Assembly: GCA_041649475.1 (NCBI GenBank)
Contig: JBAZNA010000001.1
Location: 456,612 to 520,611 of the forward strand
Source of the DNA: Patescibacteria group bacterium
GTDB taxonomy: Bacteria; Patescibacteriota; Patescibacteriia; Magasanikbacterales; GWA2-37-8
Length of the DNA: 64,000 nt
Direction of reading: 5' to 3'
In this document: positions 62,086 to 64,000 of the stretch, piece by piece
How the letters are laid out: each line of letters begins with the position of its first letter
How positions within the stretch are numbered: position 1 is the stretch's first letter
Notes under the pieces: generated by a model
Database searches by the model: none
What the model was told of the DNA's origin: nothing
The model's input: the letters and a program-made list of their open reading frames with translations, nothing else
Position numbers and translations under genes: made by a program

Positions 62086-63463
62086 CCAGTTTGTCAATCA
62101 TGCCTCTAAAGCCGTGCGAACCCAGGAAGACGACCACGTCTTCTTTTTTGGTATTTTTTAAAATATAGTCAATCAACTCGGTGTCGTCCGGTATGTGAAT
62201 TGTTTGCCGGTGGGTTTTGGAAATAATTTGTGCCAATTCTTCGCCTTCAAACGGCAGTTCGGTTTCGCTTGAGTCAACTTTTAATTTGGTCAGAGTTGGT
62301 ATGATTACCTCGTCGGCCGGTGTAAACGCATTATCATAACCCGGAGCGGATTGCGGTCGGCGATGGCCGGTGTTCGGTTCAAAAATAGCGATAATTTTAC
62401 TTTCCGGATAAATTGTTCGCAAGGTTTTTAAAGTGGCTCTGGCCTTGGTGGGCGAGTGGGCCAGATCGTCATAAATAGTTATATCGCCTTCAGCTTTTTT
62501 TTCCAAACGGCGTCTGATGCCTTTAAAGGTGGCAATGCTGTTTAATATGGTGTCTGCATCTATGCCGCTTTCATAGGCCACGGCAAAACAGCCGCAAATA
62601 TTTTCCGCCATGTGTTCGCCTAAGACGGGTGCGAACACTTGGTAGGTCTCACCCCTATTTTCAATGGCAAATTTTATGCCGTCTTTTGTCTGACTGATAT
62701 TTTTATACACGTAATCGGCGTTGCTTTTGCCGTAAGTAATGGCTTTTACGTCTGCGATTAATTCTTTGATATTTTCACCGTCAATGCAGGCCACGATCAG
62801 ACCTTTTCTTGGGATTAATTTGATTAAGTCCTTAAAGGCCTTTAAATAGTCCTTAGCTGTAGGGAAAACATCGGCATGATCCCACAACGCCGCGGAAAGT
62901 AGTAGGTGAGTGGGGGAGTAGAGCATAAATTTTGGCCGATTGTCCCAGCGCGCGGTTTTGTATTCATCACCTTCCAGAACGCTCCAGCCCGACCGGTTTT
63001 TGTCTTTGCGGAGTTTGGCGCTAAGGGGCATATTCAAACTTATCCCGCCGAACATATAACTCGGTTGTATTTGTGCGTTTGATAAAATCCAGGTGAGCAG
63101 GGCCGAGCTTGAGGTTTTGCCGTAGGTGCCGGCGCAAACTACTGAATGATCCTGAACAATATATTCGGCCACAACCTCCGGATATGATTTTATATTTAAT
63201 TCATTTTCTCTGGCCGCGAAAAATTCCGGATTGGTGGAGCCGGCCACGTTTCCCACCACCACAATATCCGGCCTGTCGTCTCTCATCATTTTTTCCGGAT
63301 GCCAGCCCGGGTAAAAATTAATTCGGTGTTTTTTTAAATGATCCGAAATCGGCGGATAAAACCCAACATCACTGCCGGTCACTTTCCAGCCGTCTTCGCT
63401 AAAGGCAATGGCGAGCGCGCTCATTGCCACTCCGCAGATGCCGATAAAGTGGATGTGTTTCAT
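62054..63463 (-). CDS. MurC/Mpl-family Mur ligase
   Basis: HFIGICGVAMSALA, GTYGKTSS, EGDEY, DHAD, DDLAHSP. Confidence 0.88.
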   Translation of the reverse strand: MKHIHFIGICGVAMSALAIAFSEDGWKVTGSDVGFYPPISDHLKKHRINFYPGWHPEKMMRDDRPDIVVVGNVAGSTNPEFFAARENELNIKSYPEVVAEYIVQDHSVVCAGTYGKTSSSALLTWILSNAQIQPSYMFGGISLNMPLSAKLRKDKNRSGWSVLEGDEYKTARWDNRPKFMLYSPTHLLLSAALWDHADVFPTAKDYLKAFKDLIKLIPRKGLIVACIDGENIKELIADVKAITYGKSNADYVYKNISQTKDGIKFAIENRGETYQVFAPVLGEHMAENICGCFAVAYESGIDADTILNSIATFKGIRRRLEKKAEGDITIYDDLAHSPTKARATLKTLRTIYPESKIIAIFEPNTGHRRPQSAPGYDNAFTPADEVIIPTLTKLKVDSSETELPFEGEELAQIISKTHRQTIHIPDDTELIDYILKNTKKEDVVVFLGSHGFRGMIDKLVTCPHPQLQL

Positions 63464-63465
63464 AA

Positions 63466-64000
63466 TTATTTGAGCAGTTTTTTTAATGCCGCTAAATCAG
63501 TTTGCCATTTTTTTCCGTCAAACCATTCCAAACCGGCGAATTGCAGTTTGTATATATCAGTCGGCCTTTGAGCAGAACCCAGATAAATATATTTCTTCTT
63601 ATTTTTTTTGGCGTATAAAATCGCTTTCAGCATCATGCCCATACCCAAATTTGAATTGGCTTTGGCTAAGTTATAAAAAGGATAGCAGTAGTGTAAAATA
63701 TGTTTTGTTTCCAGGGCTATACAGTAGCCGATCGTTTCATCGGCCAATTCATATTTCAATAGTAAATTAAAATTACTTTTTTTGGTATCAATTATTAATT
63801 CTTTTATTTTCTGCGCGCTGAAAGTTTTTTCACCGAATTTGATCGCGTAAAATTCTTTGCCCATTTTATGTATGCTCCAGTCATAATCAGAATAGGGGAT
63901 GGGTGCGGTTTTGAGCGCAACATCTTCGGTTTTTTTCAGTATCCTTCTATTTTCACTAGACAGTTCAAATTTTGCTAAATTTATTCTCAAGCTTCGGGTC
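63466..64000 (-). CDS. Arg/Leu-tRNA-protein transferase-like (ATE_C) protein, 5' end outside the window
   Basis: YCYPFYN...LGMGMML..I..AK...KKYIYLG...YKLQF. Confidence 0.7.
   Translation of the reverse strand, partial: TRSLRINLAKFELSSENRRILKKTEDVALKTAPIPYSDYDWSIHKMGKEFYAIKFGEKTFSAQKIKELIIDTKKSNFNLLLKYELADETIGYCIALETKHILHYCYPFYNLAKANSNLGMGMMLKAILYAKKNKKKYIYLGSAQRPTDIYKLQFAGLEWFDGKKWQTDLAALKKLLK

Overview
This looks like a ~40% GC Patescibacteria/CPR-type chromosome segment (inferred from gene content, housekeeping starts without Shine-Dalgarno sequences and a long tmRNA tag). Core genes include pilD, ligA, ppsA, tRNA-Asp, smpB-ssrA-infC-rpmI-rplT and cell-surface genes. A ~25-kb large-serine-recombinase element sits at the 3' end of tRNA-Asp (about 6.45-31.75 kb). 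It carries replication and leading-region genes plus a candidate defence operon, including a helicase-nuclease that a -1 frameshift would join to a Zn-finger/WYL domain. Two single-gene cassettes bounded by tRNA-3'-end-like att repeats follow it. The most striking signal is a second class of 13 genes, seven of them clustered at 46-56 kb. They have GC-rich codons and strong GGAGG-type Shine-Dalgarno sites, and their transcription units use AT-rich sigma70 promoters. Some share structured RNA leaders or 3' motifs. The cluster encodes myxobacteria-like Cys-rich lipoproteins and outer-membrane beta-barrel-like proteins. These genes look transcribed by this cell but tuned for translation by a GC-rich diderm partner or host. 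GC values are visual estimates, and no database searches were run.
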